Shown here piece after piece: positions 36,536-45,517 of a stretch of 64,000 bases of DNA (positions within the stretch are counted from its first letter, which is position 1; each line of letters begins with the position of its first letter). The position numbers and the translations under genes were made by a program. The notes beneath the pieces were generated by a model. The model made no database searches and had not been told where the DNA came from. It saw only the letters and a program-made list of their open reading frames with translations. The stretch is taken from the sequence record NC_049849.1, one strand, 5' to 3'.

Positions 36536-36982
36536 ATGAGCAATAGCGTTCAATTCCAAGAAGTACGTAAGGCCGTTCTCGACATTGTTGAGAACGCACT
36601 GGACCTGGACCTGGATCAAGAGGCCGTAGCGGACGGTCTGACCCGCGTCGTGATCGGGCTTGCCAACTACCTGGCAGAGAAAGAAGACAAGCAGCCGATG
36701 ATGATGCGGTTCAGTGTCGATGCAGTGCGTTCGATGTACACCGGGCATTCGAGCTCTGACAAGATTGATGACGAGGAGTTCATCGTTGGCGAACTGTTGC
36801 CCGAAGTAGTCGCCGACCTGTACGGGCTGCGCATCATCGAGAATCCGCACTTCAGCAACGAGTTGTTCCTCATCAACTTCCCGGCCTACATGGTGACGCG
36901 CAAGCGGGTGTGGAGCGCTGAAGGGAAGTGGCTGCGCAAGTTCTCGGACGAGCGTACGGCGCCTGGATTTTTCCAGCCTTGA
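36536..36982 (+). CDS. hypothetical protein
   Basis: GGAG SD. Confidence 0.65.
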   Translation: MSNSVQFQEVRKAVLDIVENALDLDLDQEAVADGLTRVVIGLANYLAEKEDKQPMMMRFSVDAVRSMYTGHSSSDKIDDEEFIVGELLPEVVADLYGLRIIENPHFSNELFLINFPAYMVTRKRVWSAEGKWLRKFSDERTAPGFFQP

Positions 36983-36987
36983 ACGAT

Positions 36988-36996
36988 TCGTAAATA
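36988..36996 (+). promoter_or_regulatory. TCGTAAATA putative phage promoter
   Basis: Exact 9-mer after a stop codon, followed by two TCTGTG motifs. Confidence 0.6.
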
Positions 36997-37022
36997 ATCT
37001 GTGATTCTCTAAGGAGTACTCT

Positions 37023-37634
37023 GTGAGTTACCGACTTAATCAATATGCAAAGCGGTTGCCTGTGCAAAAGCAAGTGATCGACCGCTGGCTTTCTGAGCAT
37101 GCTGATGTTGCTCAATGGTTGGCATCCACCAACTCGGAATTCGCTGTAAGCCTTCGGGCGCAACTTAACAGCCGTGGCTATCTGTCCGACAATCAAATCA
37201 TCGCGGTGCGCAATGCGGTGAATCGTTCTGTTGAGCGTGTCGCTGCTGCACCCCAAGTCGATATGGGTTTGGTTGAGCAAGCGTTCGCGACCGCGAAGAA
37301 CAACGGCATCAAGCAGCCCAAGATGAACCTGGGTGAGGTCAAGCTCAGCGCAGCGCCGGCTTCGGGCAGGAACCCCAACGCGGTGTACGTGAAGTCCGTC
37401 GATAACGTATACCTGGGCAAGATCGTCGGCGGTAAGCTGTTCGCAACGCCGGAGTGCACAGCAGAGCAGCAGCAGTATCTGCAAGAGGTGGTGCGCGATC
37501 CTGTCGCCGCTGCAAAAGCTTTCGGACAACGCACGGGTATCTGCTGCATTTGCAGCCGTACTCTTACCAACGGCGAGTCGATTGAACTGGGCATCGGTCC
37601 AATCTGCGCCGGCAACATGGGATGGGCAATGTAA
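37023..37634 (+). CDS. DUF6011-type zinc-finger protein
   Basis: C-terminal CCICSRTLTNGESIELGIGPIC signature; TAAGGAG SD. Confidence 0.75.
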   Translation: MSYRLNQYAKRLPVQKQVIDRWLSEHADVAQWLASTNSEFAVSLRAQLNSRGYLSDNQIIAVRNAVNRSVERVAAAPQVDMGLVEQAFATAKNNGIKQPKMNLGEVKLSAAPASGRNPNAVYVKSVDNVYLGKIVGGKLFATPECTAEQQQYLQEVVRDPVAAAKAFGQRTGICCICSRTLTNGESIELGIGPICAGNMGWAM

Positions 37635-37873
37635 TGGCACTGATACAACACCGCGACGGCATGGGTCGCGTTACCGGCGGGACCGATGACACCTTCAACT
37701 ACGAAGACATGGACCCCCAAATGCTTGGATACATGCGCGACTACATTGCGCGCAATCTCAGCGTCAGCGTTTCCAATTACGGCTACGGCAACCGCATCGA
37801 CCTGCGCGTTCATGTAGTGCTAGAAAACGTCGTCATCAGTCAAGACGCCCTCGAGTTCACGGTAGGAGAGTAG
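37634..37873 (+). CDS. hypothetical protein
   Basis: TAATG coupling. Confidence 0.55.
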   Translation: MALIQHRDGMGRVTGGTDDTFNYEDMDPQMLGYMRDYIARNLSVSVSNYGYGNRIDLRVHVVLENVVISQDALEFTVGE

Positions 37874-37874
37874 A

Positions 37875-38285
37875 GTGATTTTTCTTAACACCTGCGAGTA
37901 CGATAAGGCGCTGGCATTGGCAACTGCATTGACCGGAGTATCCGGCTGGGAAGAAGTCGGGTCTGGCAACGACGGTACAGCCCACGGCATAGAAATGTAC
38001 ACGGAGCTAGAAGTAGAGTTGTCCAGCTCCGCCGTCGCAGCAATGCTGCTGGAAATCGAAAAGAACTTCAAGTCCGCGTTCTGGAAGCCGACCAAGCATT
38101 TCGAGTTTGCGGATGACGACGCGCCCACGCTCCTGGCGTACAAAGCCATCGGCGCCTGGTCCAAGAACAATGCCAAGCGCGTTGAGATTTCGATCTTCAA
38201 TGACGGCACGCTCGCAACGGTGAATCTGTTTTTCGTGCATGGCTACACGTTCGAGCAAATCAAACGGCTGGACAAAGACGAGTAA
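37875..38285 (+). CDS. hypothetical protein
   Basis: TAGGAG SD; GTG start. Confidence 0.6.
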   Translation: MIFLNTCEYDKALALATALTGVSGWEEVGSGNDGTAHGIEMYTELEVELSSSAVAAMLLEIEKNFKSAFWKPTKHFEFADDDAPTLLAYKAIGAWSKNNAKRVEISIFNDGTLATVNLFFVHGYTFEQIKRLDKDE

Positions 38286-38290
38286 ACGAA

Positions 38291-38821
38291 ATGGACATTA
38301 AAAAATTGCGTGAGAAAGAGCAGCGGCTGGAGCGTCTGACCAATTGGGTAGACGCGTTCACCAGCTACTGCGACAAGGACGCCAACGAGTGGCCGGTCAA
38401 GGCCTGGTTGGATACGTACCAAATGGCTAACGTCGATACGCTGGTCGCTACGCGTGAGCAGTCGCAGGCTGTGGGATTCATGGCATCGGTTGTGCACTCG
38501 CGTGCCACGCAGTGGGGCCTGACTCTTTCGGTCGGCGCGGCAATGACCATCGTGTCGGTGTCGCAGACTCCGGGCATCGCAGTGATGCTGCTCGCAGTCA
38601 TCAAGCACCACGCGGTTTGCAACGTCGGCCAGGACTTCATCACTGCGGAGTTCATCTTCAACGTTATGCCGAACGCACCGACGCCAAACAACCTGGCTAT
38701 AGCGTGGGACGCACAGAAGACGAAGGACGGTAATCTGCTGGATCAGCTTGGGCCAGATGACTTCATCATGACGGCCGAAGAAACGAAGCAGCTGGACGAC
38801 TTGTTTGGGGAATCGCCATGA
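38291..38821 (+). CDS. hypothetical protein with hydrophobic hairpin
   Basis: Central hydrophobic stretch GLTLSVGAAMTIVSV...IAVMLLAVI. Confidence 0.6.
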   Translation: MDIKKLREKEQRLERLTNWVDAFTSYCDKDANEWPVKAWLDTYQMANVDTLVATREQSQAVGFMASVVHSRATQWGLTLSVGAAMTIVSVSQTPGIAVMLLAVIKHHAVCNVGQDFITAEFIFNVMPNAPTPNNLAIAWDAQKTKDGNLLDQLGPDDFIMTAEETKQLDDLFGESP

Positions 38822-39066
38822 TTGAAGAATCAAAGCCAAACAAAATCGGATTCTTTCGTTCGCTAGCTCGTGAACTCGGCTGGTCGCTCCTGAGCTGGAG
38901 CAGCAATATCAAGCCGGACTCGAGCGTCATGGTAATGATGAACGAAGGTCGGGAAGTCTTGCGCATCGTTCTTTCCGGCACGCCTGAAGCGCGGCGGAAG
39001 TTCCGTCATTACTTCTCGCATCAAAACACCAGCCCTATGGAGCAGGCAGATGAAGGCAAAGAATAA
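38818..39066 (+). CDS. hypothetical protein
   Basis: ATGA overlap. Confidence 0.5.
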   Translation: MIEESKPNKIGFFRSLARELGWSLLSWSSNIKPDSSVMVMMNEGREVLRIVLSGTPEARRKFRHYFSHQNTSPMEQADEGKE

Positions 39067-39403
39067 AAAGCAAGACAAAGAGTTCGCGGTTCTCGTTCAG
39101 TGGGGTGGGTACTGGGATGGCGCCATCAACACCGTAGCATACGAAGTCGTGAAGCTCAATCCTAAGACCATCGTGTACCGCGATTCTTTCGACAACAAGA
39201 CGATGGCGCGGGAATCTGTGATTCACAAGTGGTTCACGGACAAAGAAGAACTGCAGCTCTTCGTTCGCAAGAAGGCAGCCGAAATCAAGAAAGAACTGCG
39301 CGAGTGCATCAAGCGCACCGAGCAAGCTTTGCGTGAAGTCAACTCGGGCAAGATGCCCGTGATCGAACAGCAACAAATACACAAAGGCCCTTTCAAGCTA
39401 TGA
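39050..39403 (+). CDS. hypothetical protein
   Basis: GGAG SD. Confidence 0.6.
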   Translation: MKAKNKKQDKEFAVLVQWGGYWDGAINTVAYEVVKLNPKTIVYRDSFDNKTMARESVIHKWFTDKEELQLFVRKKAAEIKKELRECIKRTEQALREVNSGKMPVIEQQQIHKGPFKL

Positions 39404-39813
39404 CCGCAAACAACGAGTTCACTGTCGCTGCCGTTGCTGACGCACCGAAGTACGTGACGAACAAAAATGGTCACCTCATCAATGCCGACGGCAGGCCGTT
39501 GACTCAAGAAGACAAGTGGGCCATCATGGCTACTCTGAAGCCGGAGTATCTGCGTGAGAAGCGTAAGGCTGTGGCGGCAAAGATGGACCCGCAGGAGCTG
39601 GCGCTCATCGGCGTGCGAGCAGACGGCTCTGCGGTCAACCCGCAAGGCAGTGTTTCGATCAACGAGTACGAATCGGACTGGGGCGTTCGCGTTGATGAAT
39701 ACATCAAGTTCGACTTCTACGGGGATGCGTTGACGTACGCCAATCGGTACAACGAATTCTTCGACAACTCCAAGTCGCCTAGCTGGCGCATGTGGGCAGT
39801 TGCAAACAAGTAA
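39400..39813 (+). CDS. hypothetical protein
   Basis: ATGA overlap. Confidence 0.6.
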   Translation: MTANNEFTVAAVADAPKYVTNKNGHLINADGRPLTQEDKWAIMATLKPEYLREKRKAVAAKMDPQELALIGVRADGSAVNPQGSVSINEYESDWGVRVDEYIKFDFYGDALTYANRYNEFFDNSKSPSWRMWAVANK

Positions 39814-39825
39814 CCAAGGAACTCT

Positions 39826-40281
39826 GTGATGACTCCGATTGAAACTCTGAAAAGCGCGCTCGAAATTCTGCGTGACCCCAAGCATCATACCGATGTTTTC
39901 TATGCGGCAGACAAGCATGGTAACGTGACTGACCCTTTCGATCCGTCGGCTTGCAGCTTCTGCATGTTCGGCGCGATGGTTAAGGCCGCCGAGTTCAACT
40001 ACAACGAGACCGATGACCATAGGCCGTCGTGGCGACACCGCGATATCATGGCCAAGATCGTGGAGCGGTTCTCTGAAGAAATTAAGCTGCTGGTCCCGCA
40101 CTTGGACCTGGACTTGATCCGCAGCAGCTCGGAGTTCAAGCTCAAGCAAGAGCTTGGCAAGACTGAAGACCCGGCGGATTTCGCGCCGTTCCACAAGATC
40201 ACGCACTTCAGCGACTACGCGGGCCACTCGGCAGTCGTCGCCGCATTCGAGGCAGCTATCGCGGCTGCCGAAACCAAATAA
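39826..40281 (+). CDS. hypothetical protein
   Basis: AAGGA SD and TCTGTGATG start. Confidence 0.65.
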   Translation: MMTPIETLKSALEILRDPKHHTDVFYAADKHGNVTDPFDPSACSFCMFGAMVKAAEFNYNETDDHRPSWRHRDIMAKIVERFSEEIKLLVPHLDLDLIRSSSEFKLKQELGKTEDPADFAPFHKITHFSDYAGHSAVVAAFEAAIAAAETK

Positions 40282-40305
40282 GCAAACAACGAAAACAAGG
40301 AATCT

Positions 40306-41154
40306 GTGATGAATCACAACGAATTCGCCGGCAAGTACAATCTGCCCAAATGGCCGCAGATGCTGGTGTGGGGTACGCCGGTATCCATCGAGCAAGCGCA
40401 GGATGTGATTTTCCGTACCGATAAGTTCCTGCATCGCCTGTCGGATATCTACGGCGGCAACAACCAGAAGTACAACGAAGCGGTGCACCGCGAACTCGGA
40501 TATGATCGTGTCAAAAAGGCCTTTAAAGGTCTGCAGCAAAAGCACGGTGTCCACAGTAACTGGTCTGTCGACTACGAACTTGAACAGTGGGCCGAAGAGC
40601 TGATCGAAGAAGCTCTCGGCGTAGTCTATACCGTGTACGTCAAAAACGACTGGACCAGCTGCGCGTTCATCTACGGCGGCCATGGTTGGCTGCACCCCGA
40701 TGGCAACATCGGATACTTCGACAACATCGGCAAGTATCCCACGTACGAAGAAGTGTTCAATGACTGGTCGAAGATCGCAGCAGCGTTTCCGTATCTGGAC
40801 CTGAAGGTTACGCTCATGAGCGGCGAGTCTTGCGAACCCAGCAAGCCGGTGTTCACTCTGGTAATGTCGAACGGCCAGCTGGTGACCGCGGCAGAGACGA
40901 TGATGCCAACGCGAGATTCGGTCATCGAGTATCTGGCATGGCAGCGCTCGGATGATCGCTACATGGTAGAGGCAGTGTCGAATCGTTCGAGTGAGAATAA
41001 GCTGCCTTGGTCGTGGGTGCAAGTTCTCGGCAAGAAGCTCCACCCCGTGGTCGATCAAATCATCAGGAACGCAGAAGTCAAACTGCTTCTGATTCTGCAA
41101 GAGCGTGAAGAGCGCGCACAAGCGTTCAGCCAACCCCAACAAAACGAGGAATAA
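40306..41154 (+). CDS. hypothetical protein (282 aa)
   Basis: AAGGA SD and TCTGTGATG start. Confidence 0.75.
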   Translation: MMNHNEFAGKYNLPKWPQMLVWGTPVSIEQAQDVIFRTDKFLHRLSDIYGGNNQKYNEAVHRELGYDRVKKAFKGLQQKHGVHSNWSVDYELEQWAEELIEEALGVVYTVYVKNDWTSCAFIYGGHGWLHPDGNIGYFDNIGKYPTYEEVFNDWSKIAAAFPYLDLKVTLMSGESCEPSKPVFTLVMSNGQLVTAAETMMPTRDSVIEYLAWQRSDDRYMVEAVSNRSSENKLPWSWVQVLGKKLHPVVDQIIRNAEVKLLLILQEREERAQAFSQPQQNEE

Positions 41155-41157
41155 GAA

Positions 41158-41844
41158 ATGGACTATCGCTACCACATGCGCCGTGCCTTCAACAACCACG
41201 GTTGGCTGACGGCACTGAACGAGAAGTATCCGCGCATTCCCGTCGGCTGCTACGCGTGCTGCAAGGTCGTGAAGTATGACAACCTTAAGTGGATCGAAGA
41301 ATCCGACGGCGGCAAAACTGCGTGGTGCCCGCACTGCGATACGGATGCGATCACCGCGACCTCCAATCGTCGCAAGCTGCAAGTCATACGCGACTTCGCA
41401 TTCTCTGGTTTCGTTCGCACTCCGGTGCGTTATGTGCATACGTCGTCGCAGGCATCTTTTGCAGAGTCGGCGCAGCTCAATGGGTATCGTGAAATCACGT
41501 TCGGATATCGCATGGCACGACATGCCGTGCAGGTCAGCCTGGCTATGCTGTATCCCGATGACAAGTGGACGCGTCAGCAAGGACGTGAGTTGGTGTGGGC
41601 ACGTTTCCGTGCCAAGCAGTATCTGGAACTCACCGCGGACGATCTGTTTCCGAAGCTGAGGCAGCGGATCAAACTCGAGCTTGTTGATCCTCAATATCTG
41701 CGTGACACGTTGACGCTGTATGTGCATGCCAATGCCAAGGCGCTGCTCAATCGTATCAAGTACGAGACGCCGATGACTGAAGTGCGCACGTATCCCGTCG
41801 AAGACGACGAAGATGATGCAGTGTACGCAACGGGAGAAGAGTGA
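41158..41844 (+). CDS. two-domain protein with N-terminal zinc finger
   Basis: GCYACC...TAWCPHCDTD; second domain ending D.WTRQQGRELVWARF. Confidence 0.65.
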   Translation: MDYRYHMRRAFNNHGWLTALNEKYPRIPVGCYACCKVVKYDNLKWIEESDGGKTAWCPHCDTDAITATSNRRKLQVIRDFAFSGFVRTPVRYVHTSSQASFAESAQLNGYREITFGYRMARHAVQVSLAMLYPDDKWTRQQGRELVWARFRAKQYLELTADDLFPKLRQRIKLELVDPQYLRDTLTLYVHANAKALLNRIKYETPMTEVRTYPVEDDEDDAVYATGEE

Positions 41845-41845
41845 A

Positions 41846-42049
41846 GTGAGCGTTGCACGAGAGATTGACCAGTACTGGAATGCGTGGACTCGTAGGAATC
41901 GGAGTCGCCTCCAGCCAACATACCGACCGGAGCAGTTTGTGTTCGGGGCGCATCCTGCAGTGCAAGCTGGCTTGCTCACACCGACTGGCGTGGCTTGCGC
42001 AGTAGCAGTGATCCCCGAGCAGGAACTGAACGCTATTGTTCTGCCCTAA
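41846..42049 (+). CDS. hypothetical protein
   Basis: GTG after GGAG SD. Confidence 0.45.
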   Translation: MSVAREIDQYWNAWTRRNRSRLQPTYRPEQFVFGAHPAVQAGLLTPTGVACAVAVIPEQELNAIVLP

Positions 42050-42401
42050 CTGCCAGCACGACGGCAACCACAAAGTGATTGAGACACGCCACCACGAAGG
42101 CTACACCTATCGTAGGCGTGAGTGTCCGCAATGTGAGTGTCGATACAATACGCGAGAAGCGTTCTTTGATGCGGGAATCCCCCAAGGTCCTAGAACGCGT
42201 CCGCGTCCACCGAAACGCAGGAAACCAAAGGTTGAACCGATGAGTGAAATTCTGAGTGGATTGAAGATGCCGGCTGAGCCGCAAGTCAACCAGTCGGTCC
42301 TGGGCGACAAGGATGCCCGCAAGCGTGCGCAGCTTGAGCACAAAGCTCGGGTGCGTGATCTGTTGAACTCGAAGCAAGACAAAGACCTGGAGTGGTTCTG
42401 A
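42036..42401 (+). CDS. NrdR-like zinc-ribbon protein lacking the ATP cone
   Basis: MFCPNC...KVIETR...YRRRECPQCECRYNTRE matches the NrdR N-terminal ribbon; basic, Pro-rich tail. Confidence 0.7.
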   Translation: MFCPNCQHDGNHKVIETRHHEGYTYRRRECPQCECRYNTREAFFDAGIPQGPRTRPRPPKRRKPKVEPMSEILSGLKMPAEPQVNQSVLGDKDARKRAQLEHKARVRDLLNSKQDKDLEWF

Positions 42402-42402
42402 T

Positions 42403-42798
42403 ATGTGGACCTGGGAAGTTATCGCAATCGTTGCAGCGGCGGTCATGCTGATTACGTCGTTCATTCTACTGTCCTACATTCAGGACATTATGGGCGATGC
42501 TAGGCAGGCGTTGAGTGATGCACTGGAGCACGAAAGGGCGGCCAATGCTCACAACGAGTCGGCGTTGCGACACATGAACCAAGCGCAAACGGGTTTTAAA
42601 GAGATACAGAAGATAGCAGGGGTCGTGGCGCAGGACCTTTACATGTCGAAGCGCCAACGTAAGAAGGCTCAGCTGTTGCTGGACGAAGCCCGCCAAGTGT
42701 TTGCCGACTCCCAGTTGATGCGGCAGGCTGTGTTCAAGACACTAGGCACCGAGCCTGACGTCGAAGCTGAGACGCCGGAGACTGAAACCTATGTCTAA
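42403..42798 (+). CDS. membrane-anchored coiled-coil protein
   Basis: N-terminal TM then helical region. Confidence 0.6.
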   Translation: MWTWEVIAIVAAAVMLITSFILLSYIQDIMGDARQALSDALEHERAANAHNESALRHMNQAQTGFKEIQKIAGVVAQDLYMSKRQRKKAQLLLDEARQVFADSQLMRQAVFKTLGTEPDVEAETPETETYV

Positions 42799-43036
42799 GG
42801 TCTTGATAGCAGCGGCAGTGGTTCTGAGCCTGACCGGCTGCGACCAACTGACTGAACCGAAGCCTCGGCCACAAGCAATGACTGAGGACGGCAAGATCAT
42901 TACGCTCGGTACGTACTACGGCGAAATGTGTCTCGACGGATTCGTGGCGCTCACCAGCACGCATCAAAGCTGGTGGAAGTTGGACAAAGAAACGCGTCAG
43001 CCCATCAAGTGCGCACCCATTGGAGAAAAGCAGTGA
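42791..43036 (+). CDS. small lipoprotein
   Basis: Lipobox LTGC. Confidence 0.65.
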   Translation: MSKVLIAAAVVLSLTGCDQLTEPKPRPQAMTEDGKIITLGTYYGEMCLDGFVALTSTHQSWWKLDKETRQPIKCAPIGEKQ

Positions 43037-43347
43037 GCAAGCTCATCAAGATTTCCGAGCACAAAGCATTCAAGGTCCAGCCGGTACTCATCAAAGGTGA
43101 GAAGCTGATTAGCGTCCGGCAGATGTACACGACCAAGAACGATCCCGAGTGGAAGCATGGCAAAGCCGGGATCACCACGACGTACGAAGAACTGCGCAAG
43201 GTGTTCAAGCGCGCCAAGGCTTTGCACGAAGACGAAGCTACTGAGTACGAAGATATCTTCGGGGAACTGGCGAAGCCTTCCGACAAGGAAAGCAAGAAGG
43301 CTAAGCCAGCCAAGAGTACGACCAAAAAGAAAAAGGTGAAGACGTGA
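43033..43347 (+). CDS. PC4/YdbC-like ssDNA-binding protein
   Basis: KGEKLISVRQMYTTKNDPEWKHGKAGITT resembles the PC4 fold; Lys-rich tail; GGAG SD. Confidence 0.55.
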   Translation: MSKLIKISEHKAFKVQPVLIKGEKLISVRQMYTTKNDPEWKHGKAGITTTYEELRKVFKRAKALHEDEATEYEDIFGELAKPSDKESKKAKPAKSTTKKKKVKT

Positions 43348-43550
43348 ACGACGAACTGTGCAATATGTTTGAAGCTGACTATATGGAAGCTCAGGACGAA
43401 ATCGGCAATCAAGCCGACCAGTCGTACTGGGACCATATGTTCCGCCGATCTGATGACGACGGCCAATATGAGGACTATGCAATTCAATGGTCCTATCTTC
43501 TGTGGCTCAAGGGTTACAACCGCAGTCCTGAACTGCCTGACCTGGAGTAA
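43344..43550 (+). CDS. small acidic protein
   Basis: GTGA overlap. Confidence 0.5.
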   Translation: MNDELCNMFEADYMEAQDEIGNQADQSYWDHMFRRSDDDGQYEDYAIQWSYLLWLKGYNRSPELPDLE

Positions 43551-43556
43551 ACCAAA

Positions 43557-43862
43557 ATGATCGCACGTATCAAGTACCAAGGCAAAGAAGCCTACTTCTC
43601 CTTCGTTGGTGGATTCATTCCGAACTGGATTCGCCACAAGGCTCAATCAATCACGGTCGTGGCCTTTGGCAGCAACTTCCCTAACGGAGTGCCGCTGCTC
43701 GGCCAGATGATCTACGATACGGTCGACACCAAGGCCGGTCGTATCAGGACCCTGGTTGGTTTGAAGCAAGAGTTTGAAGGCTTTTACATGATGCGTCAAG
43801 GCGATGGCGTACCGCTAGACCTTCTTCCAGAGGGAGCCCGGCGTAGCCTGGTTGTAATTTAA
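43557..43862 (+). CDS. hypothetical protein
   Basis: GGAG SD. Confidence 0.55.
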   Translation: MIARIKYQGKEAYFSFVGGFIPNWIRHKAQSITVVAFGSNFPNGVPLLGQMIYDTVDTKAGRIRTLVGLKQEFEGFYMMRQGDGVPLDLLPEGARRSLVVI

Positions 43863-43864
43863 TA
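43856..43864 (+). promoter_or_regulatory. AATTTAATA putative late promoter
   Basis: Matches the AATTTnATA found upstream of three structural genes. Confidence 0.4.
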
Positions 43865-43887
43865 CATAGGCTAACTAGGAGGCCCTC

Positions 43888-45513
43888 ATGCGAATTACTG
43901 CAGCACAATTGGCGTCGCTTCTCGACGTTCTCTACACCCTCGTCATCGTCTACCAGGAAGTAGGCGAGTCCAAAGCTACTGGTCAGAATGCACACCGGCT
44001 GAAGCAACTCAAGCCAACCGCCAAACAGTGGACGGCTGAGTTGCCCAGTCTCGAGCATGCAGTCGATGCAGAACTCACTGGCAAGGATACGGTCTCGACC
44101 CTGGTGAATCTTGGGTTCGAAATCAAAGACGTGTTCGAGCAGCTGAAGCTCAACGAAGGATTCAGTTCGGCTGAGCTTCAAGCGCTGAAGGCCGCCGGTG
44201 CATATCTGCGCACGGACTCGGAACCTGCGCTGAAGACTCTGATGAAGCTGGCTGGCCTTACGGGTTCGCCCTGGGTCAGTCAGCGATTCAGACCGCAGGT
44301 TGGTAAGCAGTCTGACACGCAAGGCCGGCTTGAGAAGTTGGTGAACAAGATGGTCGGCCGCAAGGGTACAGCGTTGACGATGGAAGAAGCTGTACTGGCG
44401 AAGGCCACGTACCCCGAGGAGTATGCGGAGTACTTGTCCCTTCGCCGGGCGTTCAATCAGGTATGGAAAGATGCTTTGGTTGATTACGTGCGAGCATCCG
44501 GGCAGAAGCTCGTGCCGTTTAAGGATGCAAAGGCATATCTCGATTCCAACAACATCGAGTATGCTCTGACCGATGGCTTTGATGGTCTGATGGATGACCA
44601 GGGCCGCTTCTATACGCGCAAGGGCGATCTGATCGAAGGTGTTCCGGCTGCGGTGAACTTTCCGCAAGTGGTGATGAATCCGGACTATCCGAAAACGCCC
44701 TGGGTGTTCCAAGCCATTCGACCGAACGGTGAACGTGGCGCATATTTCTATACGGCCGATTTCAAGAAGAGTCAGGCCAAGAAGAAGTTTGAAAAGGTCG
44801 ACGGCTTGAACGCAAAGATGCCGAGCATTCGTGGCAAGTGGATGAAGAGCGTGAAGGCGTTTGACCAAACGAATCCGGTCTGCCTGGCGTCTACTATTCT
44901 TGAACTGCTGTATGAGTTCTCGGCTCGCGTTGGCACTCCCAACAATCCGACGTATGGCATTGGCACGCTTTTGGTCAAACACTTGAAGGTGCAGCCTAAC
45001 GGTGACGTGCTGATTGCGTACAAGGGCAAAGACTCTGTGCCCCACAAGCACTTGGTGAAAGTTTCCGATCCCGACCAGAAGTTCATTGCCCGCAATCTCC
45101 GCGAGCTGATCGATGGCAAGGAACCGACCGAGCGCGTGTTTGCTATTGGCCGCAAGCCCGTTGGTCCTGCATACGCCAATCAGTTGTTCAAGCAGCTGTC
45201 TGGCATGCCGGAGATTACGGTGCACAAGATTCGTACGTATCGCGGAACCAAGCTGTTCAATGAGCTGGTTGAGCAAGAGCTGCCGAAGCTACAGTCGAAG
45301 AAAAACCTTGATGAGAAAACGGCTCTTGCAGTCTTCACCAAGATTGCAGAGAAGGTTGGCAAGCTGTTGAATCACGTTCGCCGTGGCGCTACTGGCACCA
45401 AGGTAACGGGCATGACTGCAATCGCAAACTACATCGACCCCTCGTCGTCGGTCGCATATTTCCGTCAGTTGGGCTTCCGCCCACCCAAGGTGCTCGAAAA
45501 GTTCGACGTTTGA
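43888..45513 (+). CDS. DNA topoisomerase IB with long N-terminal extension
   Basis: Catalytic pentad pattern: SARVG (R), YKGKD (K), HKIRTY (R), LLNH (H), ANYIDP (Y); TYGIGTL; N-domain VPAAVNF..V..NP; TAGGAGG SD. Confidence 0.85.
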   Translation: MRITAAQLASLLDVLYTLVIVYQEVGESKATGQNAHRLKQLKPTAKQWTAELPSLEHAVDAELTGKDTVSTLVNLGFEIKDVFEQLKLNEGFSSAELQALKAAGAYLRTDSEPALKTLMKLAGLTGSPWVSQRFRPQVGKQSDTQGRLEKLVNKMVGRKGTALTMEEAVLAKATYPEEYAEYLSLRRAFNQVWKDALVDYVRASGQKLVPFKDAKAYLDSNNIEYALTDGFDGLMDDQGRFYTRKGDLIEGVPAAVNFPQVVMNPDYPKTPWVFQAIRPNGERGAYFYTADFKKSQAKKKFEKVDGLNAKMPSIRGKWMKSVKAFDQTNPVCLASTILELLYEFSARVGTPNNPTYGIGTLLVKHLKVQPNGDVLIAYKGKDSVPHKHLVKVSDPDQKFIARNLRELIDGKEPTERVFAIGRKPVGPAYANQLFKQLSGMPEITVHKIRTYRGTKLFNELVEQELPKLQSKKNLDEKTALAVFTKIAEKVGKLLNHVRRGATGTKVTGMTAIANYIDPSSSVAYFRQLGFRPPKVLEKFDV

Positions 45514-45517
45514 AATA

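Noticed and set aside
39223-41979. 918-aa - strand ORF
   Set aside because: It is the antisense shadow of several well-formed + strand genes with their own SDs, and the translation has no recognisable motifs; consistent with a codon-bias artefact.
43744-45276. 510-aa ORF antisense to the topoisomerase
   Set aside because: Shadow ORF with no independent signals.
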